DNA of 64,000 nt, taken from assembly GCF_020745735.1 (NCBI RefSeq), contig NC_083438.1:10381867-10445866 (forward strand), given 5' to 3'. How positions within the stretch are numbered: the stretch's first letter is position 1; every line of letters begins with the position of its first letter. Shown here piece after piece: positions 14,292 through 26,990 of the stretch. The notes below the pieces were generated by a model that did not search any database, was not told the DNA's origin, and worked only from the letters and a program-made list of their open reading frames with translations. A program made the translations under genes and the position numbers. Source of the DNA: Hemiscyllium ocellatum. Its lineage: Eukaryota.

Positions 14292-14445
14292 AAAATAAAA
14301 CAAAATTGCAGATGCTGGAAATCTGAAACAAAAATGAAACTGCTGGAGAATCTCAGCAGGTCTGGCAGCATCTGTGGCACGAAAGTAGAGTTAATATTTT
14401 GGAGTCCTCTGACCAATTGAGCTTCTCCAGCAATTTCTGCTTCAA
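14292..14445. mobile_element. Penelope-type terminal-repeat remnant with 11-bp TSD
   Basis: ttagaaaggct at 14281-14291 and 14446-14456. Body (gcagatgctggaaatctgaaac...ctcagcaggtctggcagcatctgtgg) is shared with other PLE ends in the window. Confidence 0.65.
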
Positions 14446-15435
14446 TTAGAAAGGCTGATTGTCAGTGAGTGTTGGTAACTGATAACAACCGAATTGGAGA
14501 GACCTGTGGATACAGAGAAAAGTAACATTGAAGCTGCAGTGGTAATGTCCAGAACAACCTAATCCTGTTCAAATACAGACATGGAATCAGAGACAGGGGA
14601 ATCACAACATTTAAAGTACTTTTGTTTAAAATTATCTGGATAAATCCAGCAGCCAGATTCATCTTCGTGGTGGGAAAGCTTCTAATGAACTGTAATCTCA
14701 GCCTCAAGCAACAATACTGGGAGATCAAATGGACTAACTTTATATGCTGACTAAAAAATCTAATGTGTAACCTGTTTACATAAATCATCTGATGACGGCT
14801 TATAATTCTGAATCTCCAGTTTTCTTGGATATTTAAGCCAGTTTAGAAACGTAGAAAATTGGACCAGGAGGAGGCCAGGCAATCTTTTGAGCCTGCTTTG
14901 CCATTCTTCACGATCATGGCTGTTTGGTGTCTGACCTTGTTTCATTAAATTAGTTGTTCAAGGCTTGAAATGCAGCATTGTGAGACTTCTGTTTTTTTAA
15001 TGTCTGACAATACATTATAGACCCAGACACCATTTTAGTTTGCTTTTCATTTTGTGGTTATTGATCAATTGCACGTTAACAGACCGAGCATTCAAAAAAA
15101 ATGATAATCTCAATTCTACAGAAATGAAAGCAGTGACGAAAAAGTAATCATGATTTGTCATGTGGCTAAATCGTATTTTTAATGTGGAATCTAACAACAT
15201 GAGAGAAATTGCTGGAGAGTCAGAATGTCCTGTAAAATAATGTAGAGACTTTCTCATGAAGACATGCCCCGAAAACCAGTCTACAGTGTTCGTCTTTAAA
15301 TTTCCCCAAAAAACTTTAATGGATTATGATCAATATGTATGGTTGTCTCAGATACATTTTGGCAAATGTTGTAATACTAATACCAAACTGAAGGTCTCTT
15401 TCTCAATTGTCAAATATTCCTGCTGATGAATGTGA

Positions 15436-15702
15436 GCAGCATGGTGGCATAGTGGTTAGCACTGTTCCCTCACAGTGCTAGAGATCCGTGTTCAATTCTC
15501 GCCTCAGGCGACTGACTGCGTGGAGTTTGCACGTTCTCCCCGTGTCTGCGTGGGCACCCTCTGGGTGCTCTGGTTTCCTCCCACAGTCCAAAGATGTGCA
15601 GGTTAGGTGAATTGGCAATGCTAAATTGCCGTAGTGTTAGGTGAGGGGTGTGGATTTATTGGGCCGAAGGGCCTGTTTCCACACTGTAAGTAATCTAATC
15701 TA
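15436..15702 (+). mobile_element. tRNA-derived SINE (HE1/V-SINE-like)
   Basis: A-box tggcatagtggttagc, B-box-like gtgttcaattc, central gtggagtttgcacgttctccccgtgtctgcgtggg, and a LINE-like tail (gggccgaagggcctgtttcc...aatct repeats). Confidence 0.85.
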
Positions 15703-15705
15703 GCT

Positions 15706-17110
15706 TCCTGAGAAACAATTGATAAGTCTTTTTATCTTCTCGTTGTTTTCCTGTAAGAGTACAGCACCGACACTTTTATCACTTGCATCGATAACTACCT
15801 TGAATAGCTTTGGGTTATTAGTTGTCGCTAATATTGGAGCAGTAGTTAACACAAATTTCAGGCTGACAAATGCCTTCTGACAGTTTTACATCCGTTGAAA
15901 CTTCCTGCATTTCTACAGTAATTCAGTGAGTGAAGCAGCCACAGTTATAAGATTCCGTACAACATTCTGATAAAACCCACTCATAGCACTACCACATGCA
16001 GAAGAACCTCTGTTATCCGAACGTCAATTATCCAAATTTCAGATTATCCAAACAAGATCTCAAGGTCCTTTGTTTGCAATCAGATCAGTTATCCGAGTAA
16101 TGAGTTATCTGAACAATCAGTTATCCGAACAATTAGTTATCCCCACCCGTCTAATTTCGATAAGCAAGATTGTTTTGTAGTCGTACTGCTCTTTTGGTTG
16201 ATGAGGTCATCTGTCCATGTTCGATAACATGGTCCAGGAGAGTGATTTGTGTTTCCTTGAATTCGCTGTCAGCCAGGTTTATCACCAAGCCTGCCTCCCA
16301 AAGTCGAATGAATAATTTTGAGAAATTCTGCAAATTATCCTTCCATGTGTGACTCAAAACAAGGTCATCAATGTGTACCACGCAATTGGGTAATGAAGAA
16401 ATTACTTCATTGGTTAGTCTTTGAAATGTAGCTGGCACATTCTTCATACCACATGACATGACTGCAAACTGGTACAGTGCAGTTTGCTGTCACCAAGGCT
16501 GAAATTGTCTTCACGTTTTTGAATAAAAGTAGCTGCCAGCATCCATTGAGTAAGTCGTACAGAGAAATATAAGTTGCTTGTCCCATCTTCTCAATATGGT
16601 CTTTCAAACTTGATTTAGGACATGTATCAGATTTAGTAACTGCATGGATTATGCTAAGGTCCACACATAATCATTGGATATTATCTGGCTTTGGTACCAC
16701 TGATATAGGTGAGCTCTATTCACTACGACTGATTTTGATTATATTGTCTTTCAGCATATGTTCAGTCTCTTTCTGAACCTGTGCTAACCTCCAAAGGTTA
16801 AGCCTGTAGGATGTTGTTTGATTGGGACAGCATTTCCTCAATCAATATTATTTGTAGTGAGATTAGTAATTCCCAGGTTATTCCCACTAATCTCTCCATG
16901 TGATTATACTAACTCATTCAAGTCACTTCGATTTTCAACTGGCTGGTAACTCAGCAGTTTATCCAAATTTTCAGAACTTCGTCATTGATCAATTTAATTT
17001 TAAGAGACCAATTCACAACCATCTGAAATTGTTTCGTCACTCTGTGTTGTAACAGTAACACATTCTCTTTTGTTTTCCTATCAAAATAGCTTTTGAACAC
17101 ATCTCTTCAA
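15706..17110 (-). mobile_element. Decayed Gypsy LTR-retrotransposon pol fragment (RT, RNase H)
   Basis: NAVPIKQHP...SSPISVVPKPD...LCVDL; DLLNGCWQ; GMKNVPATFQRL...VHIDDL; RNase H CQKAFVSLKFVLTTAPIL...VIDASDKSVGAVLLQE. Multiple stops and frameshifts. Confidence 0.88.
15990..16165. mobile_element. Short MITE-like insertion within the Gypsy pol (~)
   Basis: Interrupts the RT/RNase H frame, starts cagaagaacctctgttatccgaac and contains several agttatccga units. Confidence 0.5.
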
Positions 17111-18059
17111 TCCACAGAATGGTCACAAAAATGGGTGGAACAGTAAGCCATTAAGCATGCGCTGCCGTTCAAAATGACGATGGCTGATTATTCAACTCAG
17201 TACCCTGTTCCATCATTGTTTCTGTAAGCTTTGATCACTTTAGCCCGAAAAAAAACTATAACGTTTTGGGCTTAATTAATTTCTATGACAGTGAATTCCA
17301 AAGAGTTACTACTGTCAGGGTGAAGAAAGGTTTCCTCATCTCAGTCCAAAATGCCCGAGCCAGTATTCGTAGATCATGAGCCCTGGTTCTGGACTCCCCA
17401 GCCGTGGAGAACATCCTTCCTGGTTATCTAATTCTGGATATAAACACTAACTTGTGCTGCATCTTGTGATCTTAGCCTGGGTCAATATGGGGAAGGTTGT
17501 TCTCTGTATTGCCACATTTTGAAAGTGCAAGTTAACCTCTTGCTGACAGCAGGCTGGAAGCAAGATAGCCATTTGTTGCTAAGGAAGAGATAGGACTGAG
17601 TGCTCACTGCCCATAGTCAAAAAGGAAGAATGACCCGTTAAGGAGAGATATTAGAGGACTTTTTGTAGCTGTAATGGTGGACACTGACAGAAATTACTGA
17701 CTCCCGCATAACACACAGGGAATCAGCAAAGGTGACCCAAAGTGCTGATTCCTAATTACACATGTTGCACTTTCCATATGACAACAGCCCATTGGTTGAA
17801 GAGGCTTTCCTTTTTTAAAAAATTAAAATGTTCAGCGATGTATGACACGCCTCTCGAGTAGGTAGGACTTGAATTTAAGCCTGTTAAGTCTAATCTAGGA
17901 ACTTAAGCCTACTGATCTAGGGGTAGGGAGATTATCATTCGACCATAAGAGGCCTGTTGTGCATCTCATATAAGATCAATGCAATTTCCCTTAATTGCTT
18001 CATTAATCCCTGGGGATGTAAATAATAAGCCACCTGTCAGAGTATTGTGTGTTACTTGG

Positions 18060-18410
18060 GTGTCACTGAGTAGTGTGTTGATCTTTGAGTCGGAGGGTTC
18101 AAGATCAACCATCGGGTTTAGAATAGAGTAATTGATGCTGCCACAGCAGCGCAGTCCTGAGATAATCCTACACAATAGATGTATATGAGGCATTAAACCA
18201 AAGCCACTCTGCCATCTAAAGGGACCCTTATTATTTTGAATTAAAGTGAGGAGATTATACCTGGTGTCCCAGCCAATAGTCATCGCTCAATCCCGATGAG
18301 CAGATGATCTTGTCAACATATCCTTCCTGCTTTTCTCATGGTACACAAATGAGATATCACATTTCTGACATGTGACTCCATGATCAAAAGTACTTCAGCT
18401 ATTGTATAGA
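18060..18410 (+). mobile_element. Old SINE with Deu-domain-like core (~)
   Basis: gagattatacctggtgtcccagccaatagtcatcgctcaa and atcaaaagtacttc resemble the DeuSINE consensus as I recall it. Confidence 0.5.
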
Positions 18411-20844
18411 ATATCTCTGATTGAAAATTGGCTTTGTCAGAACCTGCATGTATTGAGTATTGTTACTCAAGTTTGCTGTTCATTTTTCATTCTGTTGTAA
18501 GAAAACACTCCTTTCCAACTTCCACCAAAGGACAATGAGACAAAGCTCAGTGCTGTAATATTTCACTTTGTACTAACATCTGGATCTACCAAAAATACAA
18601 TTCAATGTAAATATAAAATAAATTGAACCAGTTTTAAAGTATTAAAGCAAATTATATTTTACACACCAATGGGGTGTATTGAAATATTTCAATAGTTCTC
18701 ATTGTGTCAAGTATTGCAAACAGTGGAGTATGTTCCAATCTATTTTATCTTATCTAAAGAATAGACTGAGGAAAAGAACAGTGCCTTATAGGCTCCTTCA
18801 ATTCGAGAATGAGGAGAGGATTAAGTGTAGATCAGTGATTAAAGCAGGCGAATTATTCTCCAGATTAGAATAGACGTGTAGTGGAATAGACTAAAATGAT
18901 AGAATGAGAGAAGCTAAAGTGGGATATTGTCAGCTGAATGTTTTATCAGCTTGTTCATATCGGGTCAGTCAGGGTCTTATTGAATGGTGGAGCAGGCTCG
19001 AAGGGCCAAGTGACCTGTTCTCGATCATTGTTCATACCGCGGAACAATTTTGCTAGTTACTCGAGCAGTGGTATTAAACACATATTTTAAACTGTTACAT
19101 GGGCACATGCTGATATTTCCATCTCTGATTCCCTGGGTTTGATAGCATGTAGTTGACAATGGCTCCAGGGGTTCTGAACTTGTTTCAGAGATCTGGAAAG
19201 AGATGTTTAGGATACTCTGAGATTGCATTACGCTGTTATATAAATGCTCAAGTTTTCTACTTGTCTTCCTGCGAGGGTAGAGGGGGTGTTGCTCTTCATC
19301 AAACCTGTGCATCATTTGACTTCAATCTGCTTTACTTTGTTGCATTATTGTATGGAGTTTATTCTCTTAAGTCAATAGCCTGGGCTTTGCCCAAAGTTTA
19401 AGAGGTTTTTTACTCACATTGGCGAGTTTCTGTATCCCATGAGGTAGATTCATTGCAGTCAGTAATGGAAAATATAGCAGATCAAATATAATGTTGTTAA
19501 TGGTTATTAGGTCATTTAACAGGGATAACGATATGCTGTTCTATGAGCCTCAGGATTCAAAAGCCTTTTCAGTGGAGCCACTGCTGATTTACCTAATGTA
19601 CTATATTGGTGAAGTCACTGATACTGAAACCTCTATAATCTGGGACAATGATGAAGTACAAACTGATTGGAACTGCAACTTATCAGAAAAAGTGAGAACA
19701 GCGAGAGACTGGGGCCGAAGCTCAGAACACAGAGGCACTACAAACACAAACACCCATTGACACAGCTTCTCGAGATGAATTATGATGTGGTTCTGCACTA
19801 TTCGGTTCTGATCGGTGATCGGAACCAATGCTTCTCTGTCAAACCTATGCAGTTTGTGGGAGAAAAAGTCTACTTGAAGGCAACTACAAAGCTTTCTTGC
19901 GATAATGTGACACAGAATCAAGTGAAATGTGGAGTATCTCCTTATGGGGCTTCTTGCATCCCTTCAAGTGGCAGCTGAATTTGGTGATCAGGTACCAGTT
20001 GCTATCGAATTGAATGTTAGTGTTTCATTTCTTTACATTTCCCTATCTCTGAGTTTTGCCCCATTTCTTTATTAAAGAGCCAAGGGGTGTGAGATCTCTT
20101 TAGTGCTGTCCATAGGGTAGCCGTGCTCCTGACACTGTGCACCTTCATATTAATATCTGCCTTTAAAAACAATCTGAATCTGTGGTCACATACTGGTGTC
20201 GGAACTGAGCGGGGCCCATAATAGAATGAGCAACTCTTCAACTGCTGCAAACCAATGTGGGCTAGATTTTCAAACTGTCATTATCACAAAAGGTGCTTCT
20301 GGTGACACATTCACTATTCAGAATAACAATTAGTTTGTCTGCTCGTGCAGAATTTCTCTCTATTACTTTACTTTGCCTTTGATCCTATGCAGCAACAATT
20401 TCAAAGCCATTGAGGAACAGAAATAAATAGAAACATACCACATGCACATACACACAGCACACTATTATGTAATTAGGGCCACAAGGACATTGTTGCTGCT
20501 TTTCCTCTGAGACCAGTGCGAACTTTACCAGTTCATTGTAGGCCTGATACATTATAGTTCAGTTTCACCTCTGCCGACTGGTGCAACATGAAAATTTAAG
20601 TATTGATGAAAATAAAGGTTTTTTTTTATTTAAGTCTTTAGTATTTAACTTATCAGGACACTCTCAAGAATACCAATGGAAAGGGAGAAAGCATTTAATC
20701 TGTCTGGGTAACGAGTGCTGATTGGTAAAGGCATGGAGAATGGACCAGGTGATCATTGGCCGCTAACTCCCAATGCTTGTTGTGATTCCACTAAATTGGT
20801 GATGGCCATTCTCTGATTCATTTGGCAGGGCAATAACTTGGTAA

Positions 20845-22320
20845 AAACAATGACTGCAGATGCTGGAAACCAGATTCTGGATTAGTGGTGCTGGAAGAGC
20901 ACAGCAGTTCAGGCAGCATCCGAGGAGCAGTAAAATCGACGTTTCAGGCAAAAGCCCTTCATCAGGAATAAAGGCTGTGAGCCTGAAGCGTGGAGAGATA
21001 AGCTAGAGGAGGGTGGGGGTGGGGAGAAAGGAGCATAGAGTACAATGGGTGAGTGGGGGAGTGGATGAAGGTGATAGGTCAGGGAGGAGAGGGTACAGTG
21101 GATAGGTGGAAAAGGAGATAGGCAGGTAGAACAAGTCCGGACAAGTCATGGGGCAGTGCTGAACTGGAAGTTTGAAACTAGAGTGAGGTGGGGGAAAGGG
21201 AAATGAGGAAACTGTTGAACTCCACATTGATCTCCTGGGGTTGAAATGTTCCGAGGCGGAAGATGAGGCATTCTTCCTCCAGTCATCAGTTGGTGGTGAG
21301 GGAGCGGCGGTGAATGAGGCCCATGACCTCCATGCCCTTGGCAGAGTGGGTGGGGGAGTTGAAATGTTGGGCCACGTGGCAGTGTGGTTGATTGGTGTGA
21401 GTGAACCGGAGATGTTCCCTAAAGCGCTCTGCTAGGAGGGGCCCAGTCTCCCCAATGTAGAGGAGACAGCATCAGGAGCAACGGATACAATAAATGATAT
21501 TAGTGGAACTGCAGGTAAAACTTTGATGGATGTGGAAGGTTCTTTTAGGGCCTTGGATGGAGGTGAGGGATGAGGTGTGGGCGCAGGTTTTACAGTTCCT
21601 GCGATGGCAGGATGGAAGGATGTGTAGTGGGGGGCGTGGACCTGATCAGGTAGTCACAGAGGGAACGGTCATTGCGGAAGGTGGAAAGGGGTGGTGAGGG
21701 AGATATATCCCTGGTGATGGGGTCTTTTTTGAGGTGGCAGAAATGTCGGCAGATAATTTGGTTTATGCGAAGGTTGGTAGGGTGGATGGTGAGCACCAGG
21801 GTCGTTCTGTCCTTGTTACAGTTGGAGGGCTTGGGTCTGAGGGCAGAGGTGCGGGATGTGGACGAGATGTGTTGGAGGGCATCTTTAACCAAGTGGGAAG
21901 GGAAATTGCGGTCTCTAAAGAAGGAGGCCATCTGGTGTGTTCTGTGGTGGAACTGGTCCTCCTGGGAGAAGATGCAGCGGAGGCGGAGGAATTGGGAATA
22001 CGGGATGGCATTTTTGCAAGAGGTATGATGGGAAGAGGTGTAATCCAGGTAGCTGTGGGGGTCGGTGGGTTTGTAATAAATGTCAGTGTCAAGTCCGTTG
22101 TCATTAATGGGGATGGAGAGGTCCAGGAAAGGGAGGGAGGTTTCAGAGATGGTACAAGTAAATTTAAGGTTAGGGTGGAATGTGTTGATGAAGTTGATTA
22201 ATTGCTGAACCTCCTCGCGGGAGCACGAGGTGGCACCAATGCAGTTATCAATGTAGTGGGGGAGTGGTGGGGAGTGGTGCCGGTGTAATTATGGAAGATC
22301 AACTGTTCTACGTTCCAATC
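20845..22320 (-). mobile_element. Penelope-like element (Neptune-type RT C-terminus/linker + terminal repeat), decayed (~)
   Basis: ORF 21590-21931 (FFRDRNFPSHLVKDAL...DRTTLVLTIHP...FRNDRSLCDYLIRS) and upstream YIDNCIG. The terminal repeat carries a hammerhead motif CUGAUGA-AGGGC(UUUU)GCCU-GAAAC-GUC on the minus strand at ~20934-20968. Confidence 0.85.
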
Positions 22321-23249
22321 AGGCAACCTGCCAATTGAAAACTTAACATTGTATATCTGTTAACTCTCCATCACCATCTGACAAGTCCATTTCCATTGGG
22401 GACATCTCGATCAATCATTGTGCACTTTCCAAAGCATCAGAACTCTTTTCTTGTTCAGTGTAAAATGTTGTTTCCGTTTATATCAGCTATCCTGATGAAT
22501 GCAAGACATAAAAAAAGCATGTCCTATTTTACAGCAATACCCAATTTCTGTATTTACCAACAACCGTTTGTATAAGGGAACCTTTTGCTAATGCTAATAT
22601 CCAGCTGATATGATTAAAATGGAATCTAGTTTTTGAATGAGAAATTACAAGCCCACTTTGTTCATGCAGATCCTCTTTGAATATTGTATCAGTCTGGCTG
22701 TTGAAAGACAGCTTTGTAAAGTTGTTATTTCTGTTAACTTCTATTTAATGAATTGCTGAAATGGTGGAAAATACATTCTATTGCATTTACAAAACTAAGA
22801 TATCTTGTGAAATCAGGAGCTGTGCACAGTGCAAATAAAAATCCCATTTAATTCTGGCCTGGAAAAGACTGGTAAACTTAAACTTGTGCTTATAGAGAAA
22901 GGACTGAGATATTAACTGGTTCATTATCATTTAATGTATTGAGTTTAAACTTATGCCTATCTCTAAATTCTTCAAGGCCTTGATCCTTGGTGTCTCTTGT
23001 ACCCTTTATATACACACTCTGTTCTTTGGTTCTCTGATTGCTTTATATCTTTTTGTTCATGAGTATGGTCAAGCCCCCTTAATTAGCTGTACTTTACTGA
23101 TCAACTTCCTTAGATGCCCTCTGGTATTGATTCTTACTTTGAAGCTTGCTTAAAAGCCTGTTTCATGTTTCTGGTCATTGATCCTAACTTTTCTGATACA
23201 TGCCAATCTTCTCCTGTTTGTCATTTGTTGCATCCTTCCCCAGTTTGGA

Positions 23250-24000
23250 AGGTTGAACTCGAATGCTGAATATAGGGTTAAAGACAGGATTCTTGGCAGG
23301 ATGGAGGAACAAAGGGATCTGAGTGTACAAGAACATAGATCCCTCAAAGTTGCCACCCAAATGGATAGGGTTATTAAGCAAGCATATGGTTTTTAGGCTC
23401 TCATTTACAGGGGAATCGAGTTTGAGAGCCACGAGATTTTGCTGCAACTCTAAAAGTCCCTGGTGAGACCACACCTGGAATATTGTGTCCAGTCCTGGTC
23501 GCGCTGCTATAAGAAAGACATAGAGGCTTTGGAGAGGGCGCAAAGAAGGCTTACCAGGATGCTGCCTGGACTGGAGGGCTTGCCATATGAAGAAAGGTTG
23601 AATAAGCTCAGACTTTTCTCTCTGGAGAGAAGGAGGAAGAGAGGAGACCTGATTGAGGTATACAAAATAATGAGAGGAATAGATAAAATCAATAGCCAGA
23701 GATTTTCCCAAGGGCAGGATTGACTGGTACGAGGGGGTCATAGTTTTAAGATATTGAGAGAAAGGTATTGAGGAGACGTGAGAGATAGTTTTTTTTACAC
23801 AGAGTTGTGAATGCGTGGAATGCATTGCCAGAGGTGGAAGCAGAGTCATTAGGGACTTTTAAACGACTGCTGGATATGCACATGTTTAGCAGTGAGTTGA
23901 GGGGTGTGTAGGTTATTATTACATTTTACATTAGGATTAAACCTGGGCACACTGTTGTGGGCCTGAGGGCCTGTTCTGTACTGTATTTTCTATGTTCTAT
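23250..24000 (+). mobile_element. CR1 3' fragment
   Basis: [72 protein letters not shown]; tail ends in tctatgttctatg. Confidence 0.92.
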
Positions 24001-25059
24001 GTTATAGTATCTCATAAATGTGAGTATTTAATGTCCACTTTGGCAGATTTAATTGATTCTAATTGGAATGTATCTGCCAAAGTTTTAGTAAAACCGAATC
24101 AGCAAACAGCTTCAAACTGTGCACACGTCCATCACATAACATTGCTGCTCCTCATTAACATTTCAAATGCACTGCTCCGTTCCAAAAAGCGGACCACCCG
24201 TTCCCATTCATAGAAATTTGTTTCTGATGGATGGAAGTGGTTGTTTCTGTACTTCTGCCATTTTTATTGAACTCATCTCAAGTTACACTTTGGAATTTGA
24301 CAGTCAGCATTTGTTTGTGTTAAGCTTTATCAATTTTGACAAGTTTGCCAGCTCTTCATGTTCTTGAATATTGGAATGGGACAGGGTTCTATCAGCCCTC
24401 TCGGGACAGGCTGCAAGGTCATTAGGTGGATAATAGGATGGAAGATAACAAGGGAAGGAAGGAGTTTCAGTGCCTCTCATATTTCCACCTCCGTAGTATT
24501 TTATTGATCCAAATTAGGGAAAGGATGGCACTCAGGTTGTCAATGTAGAGTCTATCCCCACCAATGCTGGCAGTTTATTAGCTGTAGGTGTGTCCTCCAT
24601 TATGTGGGAGACCTCCGCCTGCATCCTAGAGACGTGCCTGCAGGATTTCCCTCCTAAAGAAGCTCACAACAGGGTATCCCATCTGCATACTGGAACAGTC
24701 TCCTATCCATGGTGGCGATCTTTACGGGAACTGGAAATCAGAGTAAGTGAGTGAAAGAAGCCGTGAGGGTTAGAGTGTACACAACATTCCCAGGACCAGG
24801 TTGGCAGGCCCTACTGAGGCCATTAACAAGTCATTCAGGTTCTCCAATTGGTGCATGTACAATGGGTTACTCCTACTCCTAGTAAGAGTTCTGTGATTAC
24901 TGCTTTTCAGTGCTATTAAACAAATAATGAAGTGTGGCCATGTGATAAAATCATTTACATTCACTGCTGAATACACGAGACCTTTTTGTGAGAAACTTTA
25001 GAATTTTTCTAGATGTTCTGAATATACTTTTTGTTTCATACAATGGTGATTTTCTACAT

Positions 25060-26990
25060 AGGAGTATAGAGGAAAAACAGACCATTTGGCACAATCAGTT
25101 CATGCCAGTGTTTATATTCCACTCAAGATCTTTCACATCTTTCCTCATCTAAATTGCCCATTGTAATTCTCTATTCCCATCCCTTCCAAGTGCTCGCCTA
25201 GTTTCCTTGAAATACATCTAAAGTTTTGATTTCAACTATTCCGTCTGGTCACATATTCCCCCCATGTTCTCGTCATTCTTTCAGTGAAGAGGTTTCTTCT
25301 GAATTCCCTTTTGGATTTCTTGAGGTATCGTCTTATATTGACAGCCTTGAGTTATGTTCTACCCCACAATGTAATGTTTTCTCTGTACCTTCTGTTTTCA
25401 AAAGTTTTCATAATTTTCGAACTGTCAGCCTTCTTTTCAAGAGAGAAGTGAACAGCACAACAATTCTTCCTAGATATACACAGCCAGAAACTTGTGTATC
25501 ATTCTTATAAATCTTCTCTTCACTCTCTCTCATACATCCTATAAATGTCAACTGGAACTGCAGGCAATACTCTTAATTATAGTCAACCAATTTTTTATAG
25601 TGACCCTACTTTCAAATCTATCCCTTTAGAGATAAAACTTAGGGCTTTGTTTGCATTTTTATGGCCTTTGGAACCTGTGGTGAAATTGTTATTGATGATT
25701 TAATTGTCTGAAATCCCTTTGTTTGTCTCCCTCACTGAGACGTGCATCTATGAATAAGTGACCTGCACATTATTCCTACCAAGATGGAACACCTTACGTT
25801 TATCTGTGTGGATCTTCATTTGCTAATTATTTGAACATACCGTAAATTAATTAATGATCTCTTGCAAATTCTTGGAGTACACAGAATTGGCTCCATTTCA
25901 ACAGTCCTTTCCAATTTGGTGTCATTGAATTGCTTTATTTGTTGTAATTAGATAGAATATTTAATTTGCAGTTTTACTGTATTTTACATAGAACATAGAA
26001 AAATACAGCGCAGTACAGGCCCTTCAGCCCTCGATGTTGCGCCGACCAAAGCCTACCTAACCTACACTAGCCCAATAACGTCCATATGCTTATCCAATGC
26101 CCGCTTAAATGACCATAAAGAGGGAGAGTCCACCACTGCTACTGGCAGGGCATTCCATGAATATTGTTTTGAATTTTTAGAGATGTGCAGTAATCCACAC
26201 GGTAACTATAACAACTAAATGTAGAATGACAGATAGATGAAAATTATTACACACAGGACTAAATAATAGACTCTATTAATTTGACGGTCAAAACAGGAAA
26301 TTATTTTTTACACGAATTATATGGTGAGATTTTACGTAGTGCATTAACTTTTTGTCCATTTTTTTGTTGCAGTTTATTTCTCCAGGTCTTTCTGTGCTAC
26401 TGGTATCAAATTGAAAAGACACCCATCCTCCATTTTAAACTAAATGATAATTAAAAAAACAGCATTTACATAAAATGCAACATGATTTATGAAGCCACCC
26501 CTCTAGGCTTATACATATTCACAGCCATGTAGAGTTATATAGGGTGAGGCTGAATAGGCTTGGCTGATTTATCTGGAGCGTTGGAGACTGAGGAGTTACT
26601 TTATAAGGGTTTATAAAATCATCAGAGGCATGGATAATGTGAATAGACAAGGTATTTTCCGTGGGGCGGGTGGAGTCTCATCTAAACCTATACTTGTGAG
26701 TATAGATTTAGAGTGAGAGGGTAAAAGTTGCAAGTACCTAAGGAGTTACTTTTTCATGCAGAGGATGGTGTGTATGGAATGAACTGCCAGAGGAAGCAGT
26801 GGAGGCTGGTGCAAGTTCAACATTTAAAAGGCATCTGAGTGTGTATACGATTAGGAAGGGTTTACAGGGATATGGGCCAAGTATTGGCAAATGGGACTAG
26901 ATTAGTTTAGGATATCTGGTCAGCATGGGCAAGTGATACTGAAAGATCTGTTTCCAAGTTGTACATCTCTATGACTCTATGATCTACCCC
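25060..26990. mobile_element. Cluster of CR1 3' fragments (25060-25950 minus, 25987-26160 minus, 26530-26990 plus) (~)
   Basis: Recognisable CR1 3' coding and UTR motifs and (tctatgt/tctatga)n tails. Confidence 0.7.

Noticed and set aside
15436-15510. tRNA gene (also at ~50722 and ~52120)
   Set aside because: The A/B-box heads continue into SINE body and LINE-derived tail, with no convincing full cloverleaf.
19491-19978. Overlapping ~100-aa ORFs with a faint RING/TRIM-like look
   Set aside because: No frame has the full Cys/His spacing, there are stops in the candidate frame and no splice context. Treated as chance.
23184-23849. 221-aa minus-strand ORF
   Set aside because: It is the antisense of a CR1 RT C-terminus, which is clear on the plus strand.
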